A stretch of DNA of 62,679 bases, filler included, from a bacterium (lineage in GTDB: Bacteria; JAMORN01), in NCBI GenBank assembly GCA_027063545.1. It is 19 parts of 19 records of this genome, joined end to end, with 100 filler letters (N's around TTAATTAATTAA, not from the genome) between each part and the next. Parts side by side here need not be neighbours in the genome. Positions count along the whole stretch, not along the records: positions 15,781 to 29,019 come from JAMORN010000008.1; positions 29,120 to 31,323 come from JAMORN010000009.1; positions 31,424 to 33,626 come from JAMORN010000010.1; 16 more parts are not named here. One strand, 5' to 3'. This document shows positions 22,065 to 32,602 of the stretch, piece after piece (within the stretch, counting starts at the first letter, position 1; every line of letters starts with the position of its first letter). The notes beneath the pieces were generated by a model. It saw only the letters and a list, made by a program, of their open reading frames with translations, was not told the DNA's origin and searched no databases. Both the position numbers and the translations under genes were made by a program.

Positions 22065-23133
22065 TTATACTAAATTTGGCAACTATTTATATGATAATAA
22101 AATTGTAAGATTAATACTTTTTATTTTTGATTTATCAACAAGTTTTTTAATATTGTTTAGAAAAAAAAAGTTGCCAAATAAAATAGAGAAAATACTAATA
22201 CTTAAAGTAGATCATATAGGTGATCTTTTGATAGCAACCCCTGCTATAAAAAGGCTAAAAGAAGAAAATCCTTCATCTCAAATAGATATAGTTGTAAGCC
22301 CTTGGGCTAAACAAATAGTTATTGATAATCCTTTTATTGATAATATATATACCCTAAGGCATTTTATTCATAATCGTCATGAAAAGAGTTTTATAAAAAA
22401 AATCTATTATTTTATTTATGATTATTTAAGATTAGTTTTTAAATTGAGAAAAAATAAATATGATCTTGTTTTAGTTTTTAAAGAATACTTAGGATCTATT
22501 ATTACTATTGGAAGATTTATAAATGCTGGATATGTAATTGGTCATTCTACCTCTGGTGGAAGATTCTTTTTAGATAAAATTGTTCAATGGGATCCTTTAA
22601 AACATGAAGCTGAACATCAATTTGAGATTTTGGAACCTTTAGGTATTAGGTATGAAAAAGAAAAGTTAGGTTATTATCTAAATTTTAAAGAAGATGATTA
22701 TAAAAAGGTAGAAAATGAATTAATAAAATATAACCTTAAAGAAAATGAGTTTATAATAATTCATCCAGGTTCAGGAGATAAAAGAAGAGTTGTGAATAGA
22801 AGTGTATGGTTAAAAGTAATAGAAGAAAATCAACTTCCTATTGTAATAACAGGAATAAGAAGGGAAGAATATTTAATAAATGAAATTATAAATAATACTC
22901 CTTATAAGGATAGGATCATTAAACTAGTAGATGTTTTTACTATAAAACAAATGGCAATATTTATATCTAAGGCAAAACATTTATATACTGTAGAGAGTCT
23001 AATAATGCACTTATCTTCATTTAGTAATACTCCTACAACTATTTTCTGGAAACTTAAAAAAACAATAAACGCCACCCACCAATGGGGGCCGCTGAATAAA
23101 AAAGAGTTGGAAATTATTAGGTTAGAAGATTAA
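22033..23133 (+). CDS. Glycosyltransferase family 9 (LPS heptosyltransferase-like)
   Basis: KILILKVDHIGDLLIATPAI, HEAE, IIHPGS; start placed at ATG 22033 behind TGGAGG. Confidence 0.85.
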   Translation: MQENGQKNFCDYTKFGNYLYDNKIVRLILFIFDLSTSFLILFRKKKLPNKIEKILILKVDHIGDLLIATPAIKRLKEENPSSQIDIVVSPWAKQIVIDNPFIDNIYTLRHFIHNRHEKSFIKKIYYFIYDYLRLVFKLRKNKYDLVLVFKEYLGSIITIGRFINAGYVIGHSTSGGRFFLDKIVQWDPLKHEAEHQFEILEPLGIRYEKEKLGYYLNFKEDDYKKVENELIKYNLKENEFIIIHPGSGDKRRVVNRSVWLKVIEENQLPIVITGIRREEYLINEIINNTPYKDRIIKLVDVFTIKQMAIFISKAKHLYTVESLIMHLSSFSNTPTTIFWKLKKTINATHQWGPLNKKELEIIRLED

Positions 23134-23137
23134 AATA

Positions 23138-24661
23138 TTATTTAATTAAAATAGCCTTTTTTTCTAAATGAATATTTTCTCCCTCTAAAACTACCAGATA
23201 CATACCTGATGATAAACCTTTCCCATCAAAAGTAAAATTATGTACTCCTTCTTTTAAATAAGAATCTTCTATAAGAACCTTAACTAACCTACCATTTAAA
23301 TCATAAACCTTTAAACTTACCTTTTCCTTTTCTTGCAAATTAAAACTAATGTGTGCCTTAGGATTAAATGGATTTGGAGATATATTTAACTCTAATTTTT
23401 TATCTATATCTTTTGTTTTTTTAACCTTTGTTGGTAAATTAAAAGGATTCCACCAATTCCCTGATATAACAAGCATATTTAAAAGTGTTAATGTTGCTTG
23501 ATAATATTCATCAGGTGTTTGATCTTTTAAGTAATTCCATCCAGCATTTAGCCAATCTTGATATTTACTATCAATCATACCTGCTGTAACAAAAGGAGCT
23601 ACAAAAGCAGGATCTCCACTGTAAGATCCAGGAATTGCTGTCCCATCTAATTTATATCCTGCAAGTATTTGAGAAGGATCTCCCCCTGTTCTTTCAATCA
23701 CCCAATCAAGCATTTTACTAACTGCTACCTTTGCTCTTTCATCTTGAGTATGTATATAATCCATGCTAAGTCTCCAAGGATCTCTACAAGCATTCCAGTA
23801 ATAATGTCCATCGTAATCTGATTCTAAAAAGTTTGGATCTGCTGGACGAGCTACCTCTCCCACAATAAAATCTGGAAGAAGTCCTGTATTAGGAGAGTAT
23901 GCTGTTTGAATCTGGTTTATTAAAGAATATATAGTATCTACAACCTCTGTCCACAAATTGTCATTTGTATAAACTTTATATAACTTCAAATGCTCTGGCA
24001 TCCAGTCTGATGATCTTGTAGAATATAAATACTCTCCATCTGTAGCCCAATCTCCAAGTCTAAGTCTTTTCAAATCATCAACTAAATACATTTTTATCCC
24101 ATTTTCAATTATAGTCTTCGCTTTTGAAAGATAATTTTCATCTCCCCATTGTAAATAGGCTAAAATCAAAGCATAGGCTACATCCATATCTCCATCTGTT
24201 GCACAATCACTTCTTTTACCATAATCTTCATCTTCTGGAAGAATCCAACTCATTAAATACCCACTTATAATACTAGGAAAAGACTGGTAAACTTTAAGCA
24301 TACCATCAAAAATTGTCTTTGCCTCAGGATCATATCCTGCCATTAAAGCCATTATAATCATTCCATATCCATGAGCCTCGGAAACTGTCTTAAAATTCAC
24401 CTTTTCATAATCAGCATAACCCTTATATTCTACATAATATCCTCCATCTATTGTTGTTGTCGTTTTTATAAATTTAGATTTCCAAGCATCATAGTAGGTT
24501 TTTATAATCTGATTTATTTCCTCAAATGTAGTATTTGAAGGATATATAACCCCTTCAAGTTTTTGATTTTGTGGGAATGGATAGTTTTGAGCAACTATAA
24601 GTTGATTTAACACAAAAACCATAGTAATAAATAGAAAAAATATTCTAATCTTAAAAAACAT
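23138..24661 (-). CDS. Secreted glycoside hydrolase family 8 with T9SS type-A/FlgD-Ig-like C-terminal domain
   Basis: Signal peptide; TVSEAHGYGM, ATDGDMDVAYAL, YYWNACRDPWR; C-terminal PNPFNP...VYDLNGRLV...LSSGMY. Confidence 0.9.
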   Translation of the reverse strand: MFFKIRIFFLFITMVFVLNQLIVAQNYPFPQNQKLEGVIYPSNTTFEEINQIIKTYYDAWKSKFIKTTTTIDGGYYVEYKGYADYEKVNFKTVSEAHGYGMIIMALMAGYDPEAKTIFDGMLKVYQSFPSIISGYLMSWILPEDEDYGKRSDCATDGDMDVAYALILAYLQWGDENYLSKAKTIIENGIKMYLVDDLKRLRLGDWATDGEYLYSTRSSDWMPEHLKLYKVYTNDNLWTEVVDTIYSLINQIQTAYSPNTGLLPDFIVGEVARPADPNFLESDYDGHYYWNACRDPWRLSMDYIHTQDERAKVAVSKMLDWVIERTGGDPSQILAGYKLDGTAIPGSYSGDPAFVAPFVTAGMIDSKYQDWLNAGWNYLKDQTPDEYYQATLTLLNMLVISGNWWNPFNLPTKVKKTKDIDKKLELNISPNPFNPKAHISFNLQEKEKVSLKVYDLNGRLVKVLIEDSYLKEGVHNFTFDGKGLSSGMYLVVLEGENIHLEKKAILIK

Positions 24662-24726
24662 AAAAACCTTCTTTGTTGTATTTTTATATTTTAAAATAAC
24701 TTCATTTTATAAAAAAGACAACAGAA

Positions 24727-25758
24727 TTAGCGATGTATTTTATGTATTCTTAAAGAATCCAAATTTCTTTTAGCTATAATTCTATATTTATTATGCTCTT
24801 TATTACTTTTACTAAAAAAATGTTCTCCAGAACCATCAAATTTAGCTACAAAAAAAAGATAATCAACTTTTGCTGGATAAAAAGCCGCATAAATAGATTT
24901 TTTACCAGGATTACAAATAGGAGTTGGTGGAAGCCCTTTTGTAACATAAGTATTATATGGAGAATTAAATCTTAAATCTTTTTTTGTTATAGGTTTTTTA
25001 AAATTTCCTGTTGCAAATCTTACAGTTGGATCTGCTTGAAGAAGCATTCCCTTTTTTAATCTATTATAAAAAACTCCTGCAATAATTGGTCTTTCTTTAT
25101 CAACAACTGCTTCTTTTTCTATAATTGAAGCAAGAATTATTATATCGTAAATTGAATATTTTTTTATCATAGGAGAATTTTTACTTATTTTATTCACATA
25201 TTTTACAAACTCCTGAGTCATTTTTTTTATAACATCCTCTTCTGTAGCATCTAAAGGAAAATAATAAGTTTCAGGCATAAGAAAGCCTCTCAAATTCTTG
25301 CCAAATCCAATTTTAAATTTATAAACACTATTTGAATCTAAAACTATTTTCATAAATTTATTATAACTTAACCCTAACTTTTTTTTAAAGATATAGGCTA
25401 TTTCTTCTGATCTTGCTCCTTCTGGAATTGTAACCTTTATTAATTTTACTTTTCCTCTTTCTATATATTTAAATAAACTATCAATTGTGATATTCTGAGG
25501 GATCTCATAAACTCCAGTTTTCAAAATAGGAGGATTTATTTTTATATAAACCTTATAAAGATAAAGATCTAAATTATTTCTTAAAACTCCATGATTAATA
25601 AAAAAGGCCTTTAGTTTATGGGCATTATCCCCTTCTTTTATTTTTATAGTACTGAAATTAAACTTTTTTTTGTAAAACAATGTGTTATAATAATTGTAAA
25701 GAAAAACAAAAATTAAAACAAGACCTGAAAATAAAAGAAAAATTCTAATTTTTTTCAT
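24727..25758 (-). CDS. mltG: Endolytic transglycosylase MltG
   Basis: VTIPEG, GFLMPETY, LASIIEKEA, NRLKKGMLLQADPT, SPYNTY...GLPPTPICNPG. Confidence 0.93.
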   Translation of the reverse strand: MKKIRIFLLFSGLVLIFVFLYNYYNTLFYKKKFNFSTIKIKEGDNAHKLKAFFINHGVLRNNLDLYLYKVYIKINPPILKTGVYEIPQNITIDSLFKYIERGKVKLIKVTIPEGARSEEIAYIFKKKLGLSYNKFMKIVLDSNSVYKFKIGFGKNLRGFLMPETYYFPLDATEEDVIKKMTQEFVKYVNKISKNSPMIKKYSIYDIIILASIIEKEAVVDKERPIIAGVFYNRLKKGMLLQADPTVRFATGNFKKPITKKDLRFNSPYNTYVTKGLPPTPICNPGKKSIYAAFYPAKVDYLFFVAKFDGSGEHFFSKSNKEHNKYRIIAKRNLDSLRIHKIHR

Positions 25759-25880
25759 GTCTTATACTCCTATAAAGTGAGTAAAACACATAAACTACAT
25801 ACAGGCTAAAATATAAAATATAGCCAAGAATATTTAAAAATAAAAGTATTATAAAATTAAAAATTAATTTTAATAATATC

Positions 25881-26945
25881 TTAAACTCTTCCATTTTTGT
25901 AATCTAAAAATCTTTTAAAAACTATATTGAAAACCTCTTTGTTTTCTATTAAATAATCTATTACATAAAAGTCTTTTTTCATATTATCAGTTATAATTTC
26001 TTCTAATTTATAAAAATCTTTCATTGTAGTTATAATAATAAAATCATCATTTATTAAATTAAGAAATTTTTCAATTTTTTCTATATCTTTTTCTGTGTAA
26101 TTATAATGATCTCTATATACAAAATCCTTTATAATTACAATTTTAAATTTATCTTTTAATATATTTTTTAAATAGGAAACATCTCCTATAGCTGCTATTA
26201 AAATTGCTTTTTTTCCATATATAGATTGAATTTTCACTTTTAATAAATCTTTTTTCTCATATTTAAAAAAAAGATATCTCTCTTCTGAAAAGAAAATATT
26301 GGTATTTAACTTCTTTATATATTCTAAGTATCTAGTAGTATTTTTTAAATAACTATACTTTGTCAAAAGTACTATATCAGCTCTTCTAATAGCAAATAAT
26401 TCTTCCCTATAAAATAAAGAATCTGCTCTTGATAAATTAAATATTAAAATATCAATTTCTCTCTTTATATATAAATGTTGAAAACCATCATCTAAAATAA
26501 TGATTTTATTTTTTAGATCAATAGAGTTTTCTTTCAAAATAGAGATATAATCCTCTATATTTTTCCTTCTATTTTTACCAATAAGAAATTCTATTTTAAA
26601 TTGCTTATAAAGCATATAGTTTTCATCTCCCAATTCTTCTAGAGAAAAATTTCTTGCATCCTTTATATATTTAGATATAATTAGTTCTCCATTTCCTTTT
26701 CTTCTATAACCTCGGGATATTAACACTATATCTTCTTTTTTTATATTATGTTGGAGTAGTTCATTTATCAAATATTTAATAAAAGGTGTTTTCCCTGTTC
26801 CCCCAATTTGGATATTACCAACAGAAACAATAAATAAAGGATAACTCTTTTGTAATGTTAATTTTATTATTTGATTTCTTAATTCTACTCCTAGATAATA
26901 AAGCTTTAAAAACTTTTTTATTACCTTTAATAAAAATTTTTTCAT
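25881..26945 (-). CDS. lpxK: Tetraacyldisaccharide 4'-kinase
   Basis: SVGNIQIGGTGKTP, SRGY, GDE, LDDGFQH, RDHYNY, TTMKD. Confidence 0.88.
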   Translation of the reverse strand: MKKFLLKVIKKFLKLYYLGVELRNQIIKLTLQKSYPLFIVSVGNIQIGGTGKTPFIKYLINELLQHNIKKEDIVLISRGYRRKGNGELIISKYIKDARNFSLEELGDENYMLYKQFKIEFLIGKNRRKNIEDYISILKENSIDLKNKIIILDDGFQHLYIKREIDILIFNLSRADSLFYREELFAIRRADIVLLTKYSYLKNTTRYLEYIKKLNTNIFFSEERYLFFKYEKKDLLKVKIQSIYGKKAILIAAIGDVSYLKNILKDKFKIVIIKDFVYRDHYNYTEKDIEKIEKFLNLINDDFIIITTMKDFYKLEEIITDNMKKDFYVIDYLIENKEVFNIVFKRFLDYKNGRV

Positions 26946-27056
26946 AATAAATTTAATTTTTATATTTTTAATTTACATTATAATATCAAAAGATAATTTT
27001 TTAAAAAAGTTTTATTTAATTTTATTTTTAATTAAATAAAATTAGGGGAGTTAGAA

Positions 27057-27893
27057 ATGAATTGGTTAAAGGTTATAAAAAAAGGATTTAAATTTGAGAA
27101 AAAAGAAGTAAAAAATGTTTGGACAAAATGTGAAAAATGTGGAGAAATATTATATAATCCAACATTAGAAAAAAATCTCTGGGTTTGTCCTAAGTGTGGA
27201 TATCACTTTAGAGTAAATAGTAACTTTTATATAAAACTATTAGCCGATGAAGGAACTTGGGAAGAGTTTGGAGCAAATATAGAAAGTATAGATTTTTTAA
27301 AATTTAAAGATAAAAAGAAATACTCTGATAGATTAAAAACTTATAAAGAAAAAACAGGAAAAAATGATGCTGTTACAACAGGAGAATGTAAAATAAACTC
27401 CATTCCTGTTATTTTAGCTGTTATGGACTTTTCCTTTATGGGTGGATCTATGGGAAGTGTGGTTGGAGAAAAAATAAAAAGGGCAATCCAAAGGGCTATT
27501 GATAAATATATTCCTCTTATTATAATCTCTGCAAGTGGCGGAGCTAGAATGCAAGAATCAATAATGTCATTAATGCAGATGGCTAAAACTAGTGCTTATC
27601 TTGCAAAACTTTCTGAAAAAAGACTCCCATTTATTTCTATACTTACTCATCCAACAACAGGAGGCGTTACAGCTTCATACGCCAGCTTAGGTGATGTAAT
27701 ATTAGCAGAGCCAGGTGCATTAATCGGCTTTGCAGGTCCCCGTGTAATAAAAGAAACTATAAAGCAAGAATTACCAAAGGGATTTCAAAGGTCAGAATTC
27801 TTACTAGAACATGGATTTGTAGATAAAATTGTAGATAGACATCAACTCAAAGATACAGTTACAAAACTATTAGAATATATGTATAATAGATAA
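27057..27893 (+). CDS. accD: Acetyl-CoA carboxylase carboxyltransferase beta subunit
   Basis: WTKCEKC..VCPKC zinc finger, FMGGSMGSVVGE, SGGARMQE, GFAGPRVI. Confidence 0.96.
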   Translation: MNWLKVIKKGFKFEKKEVKNVWTKCEKCGEILYNPTLEKNLWVCPKCGYHFRVNSNFYIKLLADEGTWEEFGANIESIDFLKFKDKKKYSDRLKTYKEKTGKNDAVTTGECKINSIPVILAVMDFSFMGGSMGSVVGEKIKRAIQRAIDKYIPLIIISASGGARMQESIMSLMQMAKTSAYLAKLSEKRLPFISILTHPTTGGVTASYASLGDVILAEPGALIGFAGPRVIKETIKQELPKGFQRSEFLLEHGFVDKIVDRHQLKDTVTKLLEYMYNR

Positions 27894-27894
27894 A

Positions 27895-29019
27895 TTGAAA
27901 ACTGAAGTAGAAAAATTTCTGAATAACTTTTCTAAATTTAAAGGTGAATATACCCTTGATAATATAAAAAAAGTTAGTGAAGAGTTATTTATTCCATATT
28001 CTTTAAATTCATTTATTATCCAGATCATTGGTACAAATGGTAAGGGAACAACCCTTCATTTGCTTGAAGAATATTTAAAAGCAAATAATGTAAAAGTAGG
28101 CTCTTTTAGTTCTCCCCACATTTTGGAAGTAAACGAAAGGATAAAAATTAATGGTAAAAAAGTATCTTATGAAGAAATCTCGGAAATAATTAATTATATA
28201 AAAGAAAATTCTTTATTTTATGTTAATCTATCTTATTTTGAAATAATTACTATTATAGCCATGCTTGTGTTCATAAAAAATAATGTGGATTTTATCATAT
28301 TAGAAGCTGGTCTTGGAGGAAGACTTGATGCAACAACTATATTTGATAAAGATATATTAATCTTAACTCAAGTAGATTTTGATCATACAGAAATATTAGG
28401 AAATACATTAGAAAAGATATTAGAAGAAAAAATTGCTGCTATAGAAAATGCAAAAAGTTTCTTATATTTACCTCAAAGCTACAAAGAACTTAATTTAATA
28501 ATAGAGAATAAACTTAATAAAAAGTATCAAGATAAAGAAAGGATACCTTTTATTTTTTATAAATCCTCTAAAGAAACATATAGAGGTATTGGTTTTATAA
28601 AAAATATTTCTTTAGTCTATTCTATTGCTAAGTATTTAGATAAAAAAGGTATTATAAAATTCTCTAAAGAAAAATTTCAAAAACTTGAAGACACTTTTAT
28701 CCCTGGACGATTGAATATATTTGATATTTACAATAATACTTTAATTATTGATGTCAGTCATAACCCTAATTCTATAAAGAATCTATGCAACTTTATAAAG
28801 ACAAAATTCCCCTATAAAAAGTTTCATATAATATTCTCTACCTTAGAAGACAAAGATTCTAAAAATATGATTGAGATTTTAACAAATATAGCTGAAAAAT
28901 TTTATATTATTCCTATACAGGGAAAGGATAGAGAAATAAATAGTAATCTAGAAAAATTAAGAAACATTATAAGAGATTATGGATTTAAAGCTTCTCTTAT
29001 AGAATATGATGAGGAAGTA
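27895..29019 (+). CDS. folC: Folylpolyglutamate/dihydrofolate synthase (3' truncated)
   Basis: IGTNGKGT, SPHI...ERI, EAGLGGRLDAT, DHTEILG, PGR, DVSHN. Confidence 0.9.
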
Positions 29020-29119
29020 NNNNNNNNNNNNNNNNNNNNNNNNNNNNNNNNNNNNNNNNNNNNTTAATTAATTAANNNNNNNNNNNNNNNNNNNNNNNNN
29101 NNNNNNNNNNNNNNNNNNN

Positions 29120-29581
29120 CTCTTAGGCGTTATTAATATTCTAAAAGAAATTTTAAAAGATTTTAATCCTATAATTTATAATAGAAATCCTTCAATAAGA
29201 CCTAAATATTCATATCTTAATTTTTTATATAATAGTAGATTTTTCTCAAATAGATTTTTTCTTTTAAAATCTCAACTAGAATCTTTTTTTAGGATAGGTT
29301 TTTATGATAATTCATTTAAAGACTATACTAGTCTTGATTTTATGGATACTGTTATTTTTGCTGGAACTCCAGAATGGTTTGGAGCAAGACTTTTACCATT
29401 ATATAAAAAATTACTTAATTATGAAAAACCTATTTTGTTTTTAGGTATAGGTACAGCTCTAGAAAATAAAAAAATAAAACCTATTTATGATAAAGTTTTA
29501 AATAAAGCAAAGTTAATTACAACTCGCGATGAACTTACATATAAATTTTTAAGGAAAAGATATAATAATGTAATAATGTAG
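29120..29581 (+). pseudogene. Polysaccharide pyruvyl transferase-like fragment, ending prematurely
   Basis: IFAGTPEW, FLGIG, ITTRDELT, then an abrupt stop and a switch to unrelated coding sequence. Confidence 0.5.
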
Positions 29582-29738
29582 TTTATGTAGGAATAGGTGA
29601 GCCAACATTAACAGAAAACGGTGATTTAGTATTTGGAGTAATTTATGGAGATCTAAGCTCTGAGGATTCTACTGATGTTTTTGATTCAGATGTATGGTAT
29701 TTACCAAAAAAAGATAAATCTTAAAAAAGGAATGTATT

Positions 29739-29960
29739 ATGAGAAAAATAACAACTATTATATTATTTTACTCAGTATAATGATTATATTAAGTGGGATT
29801 GTTTTATATATAATGCCTCATGGTAGAATTGCTTATTTTATAGGTTGGAAGTTTTTAGGCCTTAATAAAGATCAATGGGAGAATCTTTATATTTTTTTAA
29901 ACTGGAAACCAATGAAATATTATTTAACAAAAAAAGAATTACTTATATCATTTATTATGC
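29739..29960 (+). pseudogene. DUF4405-like (cytochrome b-type) membrane protein remnant
   Basis: SD plus MRKITTIILF, frameshift, then SGIVLYIMPHGRIAY..GWKFLGLNKDQWENL..LNWKP with an apparent internal deletion. Confidence 0.55.
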
Positions 29961-30240
29961 TACAGGTACAAATGGAGGACTTTCAATAGAAGTAGGAGAA
30001 ACTTCATCTTTAGATGGATACGTAGGAGCAGAAAATAATGGGTATAAAGATGCCTGGATTGTAGCTTCTGAAAATGGGGGAATAATCTGGAAAATTACAT
30101 TAGGATATTTATATGATGATGTTTTATATAAAATTATCCGTGTTTCTGATGGAGTATATATAGGTGTGGGATATTCTAAAGGGAAATATGAGGTTGAGCA
30201 ACCAACTAACTTTTGGATTGTAAAATTTGTAACTCCATAG
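29955..30240 (+). pseudogene. C-terminal fragment of a beta-propeller-repeat protein
   Basis: DAWIV..G.IIWKITLG...DD......SDG.YIGVG...NFWIVK; no credible start. Confidence 0.4.
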
Positions 30241-30276
30241 TTTTTGATTATAAAAATAAAAAGGAGAAGAAAATAT

Positions 30277-31233
30277 ATGATAAAGAAGTTGAGAACTGTA
30301 AGCCTATTTTATTTAATATTAGTCGTAAATATTTATGGACTAACTAATGAAATTGATAAATTTATAATTTCATTTATTGATTCTACCATAGTTAAGATAG
30401 ATACTACAAAAACTATAGCTGTACTTCCTTTAAATTCTAAAGATGGTGATGAAGGTATATTTGTTGCTGAAAGAATTATATATTTCCTAAATAAAAATAA
30501 TATAAAAATAGTTGAAAGGAATGAAATAAATAAAATTTTAAAAGAAATTGCATTATCTCAGACAGGAATAACAGAAGAAGAAATCCCTATGGGAAATATG
30601 TTGTCTGCTAATTATTTAGTAATGGAAGATATATCAAATAAAATGGGGCAGAATATTATTTCTCTAAAATTAATAGATGTTAATACTTCTCAAATTTTAT
30701 ATACATCTCAAAAAGTTTTTAATACACAAGAATTTTCTGTTTTTATAAATACAATAACCTCTGAAGCTGCAAGTTCTTTGACATATTTAGCAAGAAGTAG
30801 TTTATTCCCAGGATAGGGTCAAATATATGGAGGAAAAAAAGTTAAAGGAATATTTTTTAGCTTTGTTTCATTTTCTATGTTAAGGGGAACATTTTATTTA
30901 TGGTATAAGACTAATACTTCATGGGACGATTATGAAAGCTTTAACTCTATGTCTTTAAATAGTTCATTATATGAAGAATGGCTTGCAGAAAACAATTTAG
31001 AAAGAGGTCCTGAAGCTGATTCTGTTTTTACAGAACAATCTGCAGAGTTTTATAATATATATTCCGATAATTATGATAAAGCATTATATTTTTCTATTGC
31101 CACAGGAGCTATTTGGGTAATTAATATGATAGATGCATATATTGTTGGAAAAAATAGGAGTAAACAGATAAAAAGATATTTTATTTCTTTTAACATAAAT
31201 CGAACTAAATTAGAGCTAGTACTAAATTTTTAA
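30277..31233 (+). pseudogene. Secreted CsgG/FlgO-like plus DUF5683-like protein interrupted by in-frame TAG at 30814
   Basis: IAVLPL..IVER.EI.KILKEIALSQTG; SLFPG*GQIYGG continues in frame into ORF 30877-31233. Confidence 0.7.
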
Positions 31234-31423
31234 AAAAATTTTTTTAAATTTTTGTATTATTCTTCATTGAAATGAAATAATAAATATATTATCTTAAAAA
31301 ATAATAAAATAATTAGATAATAANNNNNNNNNNNNNNNNNNNNNNNNNNNNNNNNNNNNNNNNNNNNTTAATTAATTAANNNNNNNNNNNNNNNNNNNNN
31401 NNNNNNNNNNNNNNNNNNNNNNN

Positions 31424-31492
31424 TTAAATGGAAGGTTAATAAAAGTAATTTTATGGGAGACAGAAAATAATAGAATAGAATATATGGAGTAA
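31424..31492 (+). CDS. queD: 6-carboxytetrahydropterin synthase C-terminal end (5' partial)
   Basis: IKVILWETENNRIEY* directly before queE. Confidence 0.6.
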   Translation, partial: LNGRLIKVILWETENNRIEYME

Positions 31493-31494
31493 TT

Positions 31495-32226
31495 ATGACT
31501 ATTAAAGGATATATATCAGAGATTTTTGCTTCTTTTCAAGGTGAAGGAATAAATCAAGGAGTTATAGAATACTTTATCAGATTTTCTGGATGTAATCTAA
31601 GGTGTCAAGGTTGCGATACACCTTATGCCTTAGAAAATAGTTCTTCCTTTGAGTTTGAAGGACATAAATATAACAATCCAATTACAGCAAAACAATTAAG
31701 AGACATATTTGATAGACTTTTTGTTCAATATAAAGAAATATATCCTATAAATTTAACAGGAGGAGAGCCTTTATTACAGGCTGAGTTTATAAAAGAATTT
31801 CTAGATACATTAAATTATCCAGGAAAAATCTATTTAGAGACAAATGGAACATTACCAAAGAATTTTTTAATTATAAAAGATTATATAGATTTTATTAGTA
31901 TGGACTGGAAATTAAGTTCTGTTTATAAGATAGATAGAAGTATTTGGGAAGCTCATAAAGAGTTTTTAAAATTAACTAAAGGTATAAAAATTCAAGTTAA
32001 GATTATTGTATCAAAAGATATGGATATAGAAGAATTTGAAGAAGCTTTAAAGAATATTCATAAAATTCGAAAGTCTATTAGTCTTATAATTCAACCATAC
32101 ACAGATGGAAATAATAATTTTATAGGAAATTTTGAGTTATATAAGAGTTTGTTTATAAAAGCAGAAAAATATTTTTCTAGAGTATATCTTAAACCCCAAC
32201 TTCATAAGTGTTTAGGTATAAAATAA
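31495..32226 (+). CDS. queE: 7-carboxy-7-deazaguanine synthase (radical SAM)
   Basis: EIFASFQGEG, RFSGCNLRCQGCDT, TGGEPLLQ, ETNGT, PQLHK. Confidence 0.92.
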   Translation: MTIKGYISEIFASFQGEGINQGVIEYFIRFSGCNLRCQGCDTPYALENSSSFEFEGHKYNNPITAKQLRDIFDRLFVQYKEIYPINLTGGEPLLQAEFIKEFLDTLNYPGKIYLETNGTLPKNFLIIKDYIDFISMDWKLSSVYKIDRSIWEAHKEFLKLTKGIKIQVKIIVSKDMDIEEFEEALKNIHKIRKSISLIIQPYTDGNNNFIGNFELYKSLFIKAEKYFSRVYLKPQLHKCLGIK

Positions 32227-32236
32227 GGAGAAGAAA

Positions 32237-32602
32237 ATGTTGTATACAATGTTAAGAGCTAAGATACATGGTGCAACAATAACAGACCTTCAACTATATT
32301 ATGAAGGTTCTATAACTATTGATAGAGAATTAATAGAAAAAGTAGGAATTAAACCATATGAAAAGGTTCAAGTTTTAAATTTAAACAATGGTTCTAGAAT
32401 AGAAACTTATGTAATTCCAGGAAAAAAAGGAGAAATATGTTTAAACGGACCTGCAGCTAGAACTGGAATGTTAGGAGATAAACTTATAATAATAGCATAT
32501 TCTACTATTACAGAGGAAGAACTAAAGGATTTTGAAATTAAGGCAATATATTTAGATGAAAATAATAGAATAAAAGAGGAAAAAAAATGGAAAGTTTTGT
32601 AG
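32237..32602 (+). CDS. panD: Aspartate 1-decarboxylase
   Basis: KIHGATIT..L.YEGSITID, NNGSRIETYVI, CLNGPAAR. Confidence 0.95.
   Translation: MLYTMLRAKIHGATITDLQLYYEGSITIDRELIEKVGIKPYEKVQVLNLNNGSRIETYVIPGKKGEICLNGPAARTGMLGDKLIIIAYSTITEEELKDFEIKAIYLDENNRIKEEKKWKVL

Noticed and set aside
30814-30816. Amber (TAG) recoding suggested by in-frame TAGs at 30814 and 60889
   Set aside because: TAG ends many intact host genes directly before the next start (3062, 5998, 44670); both cases lie in decayed regions
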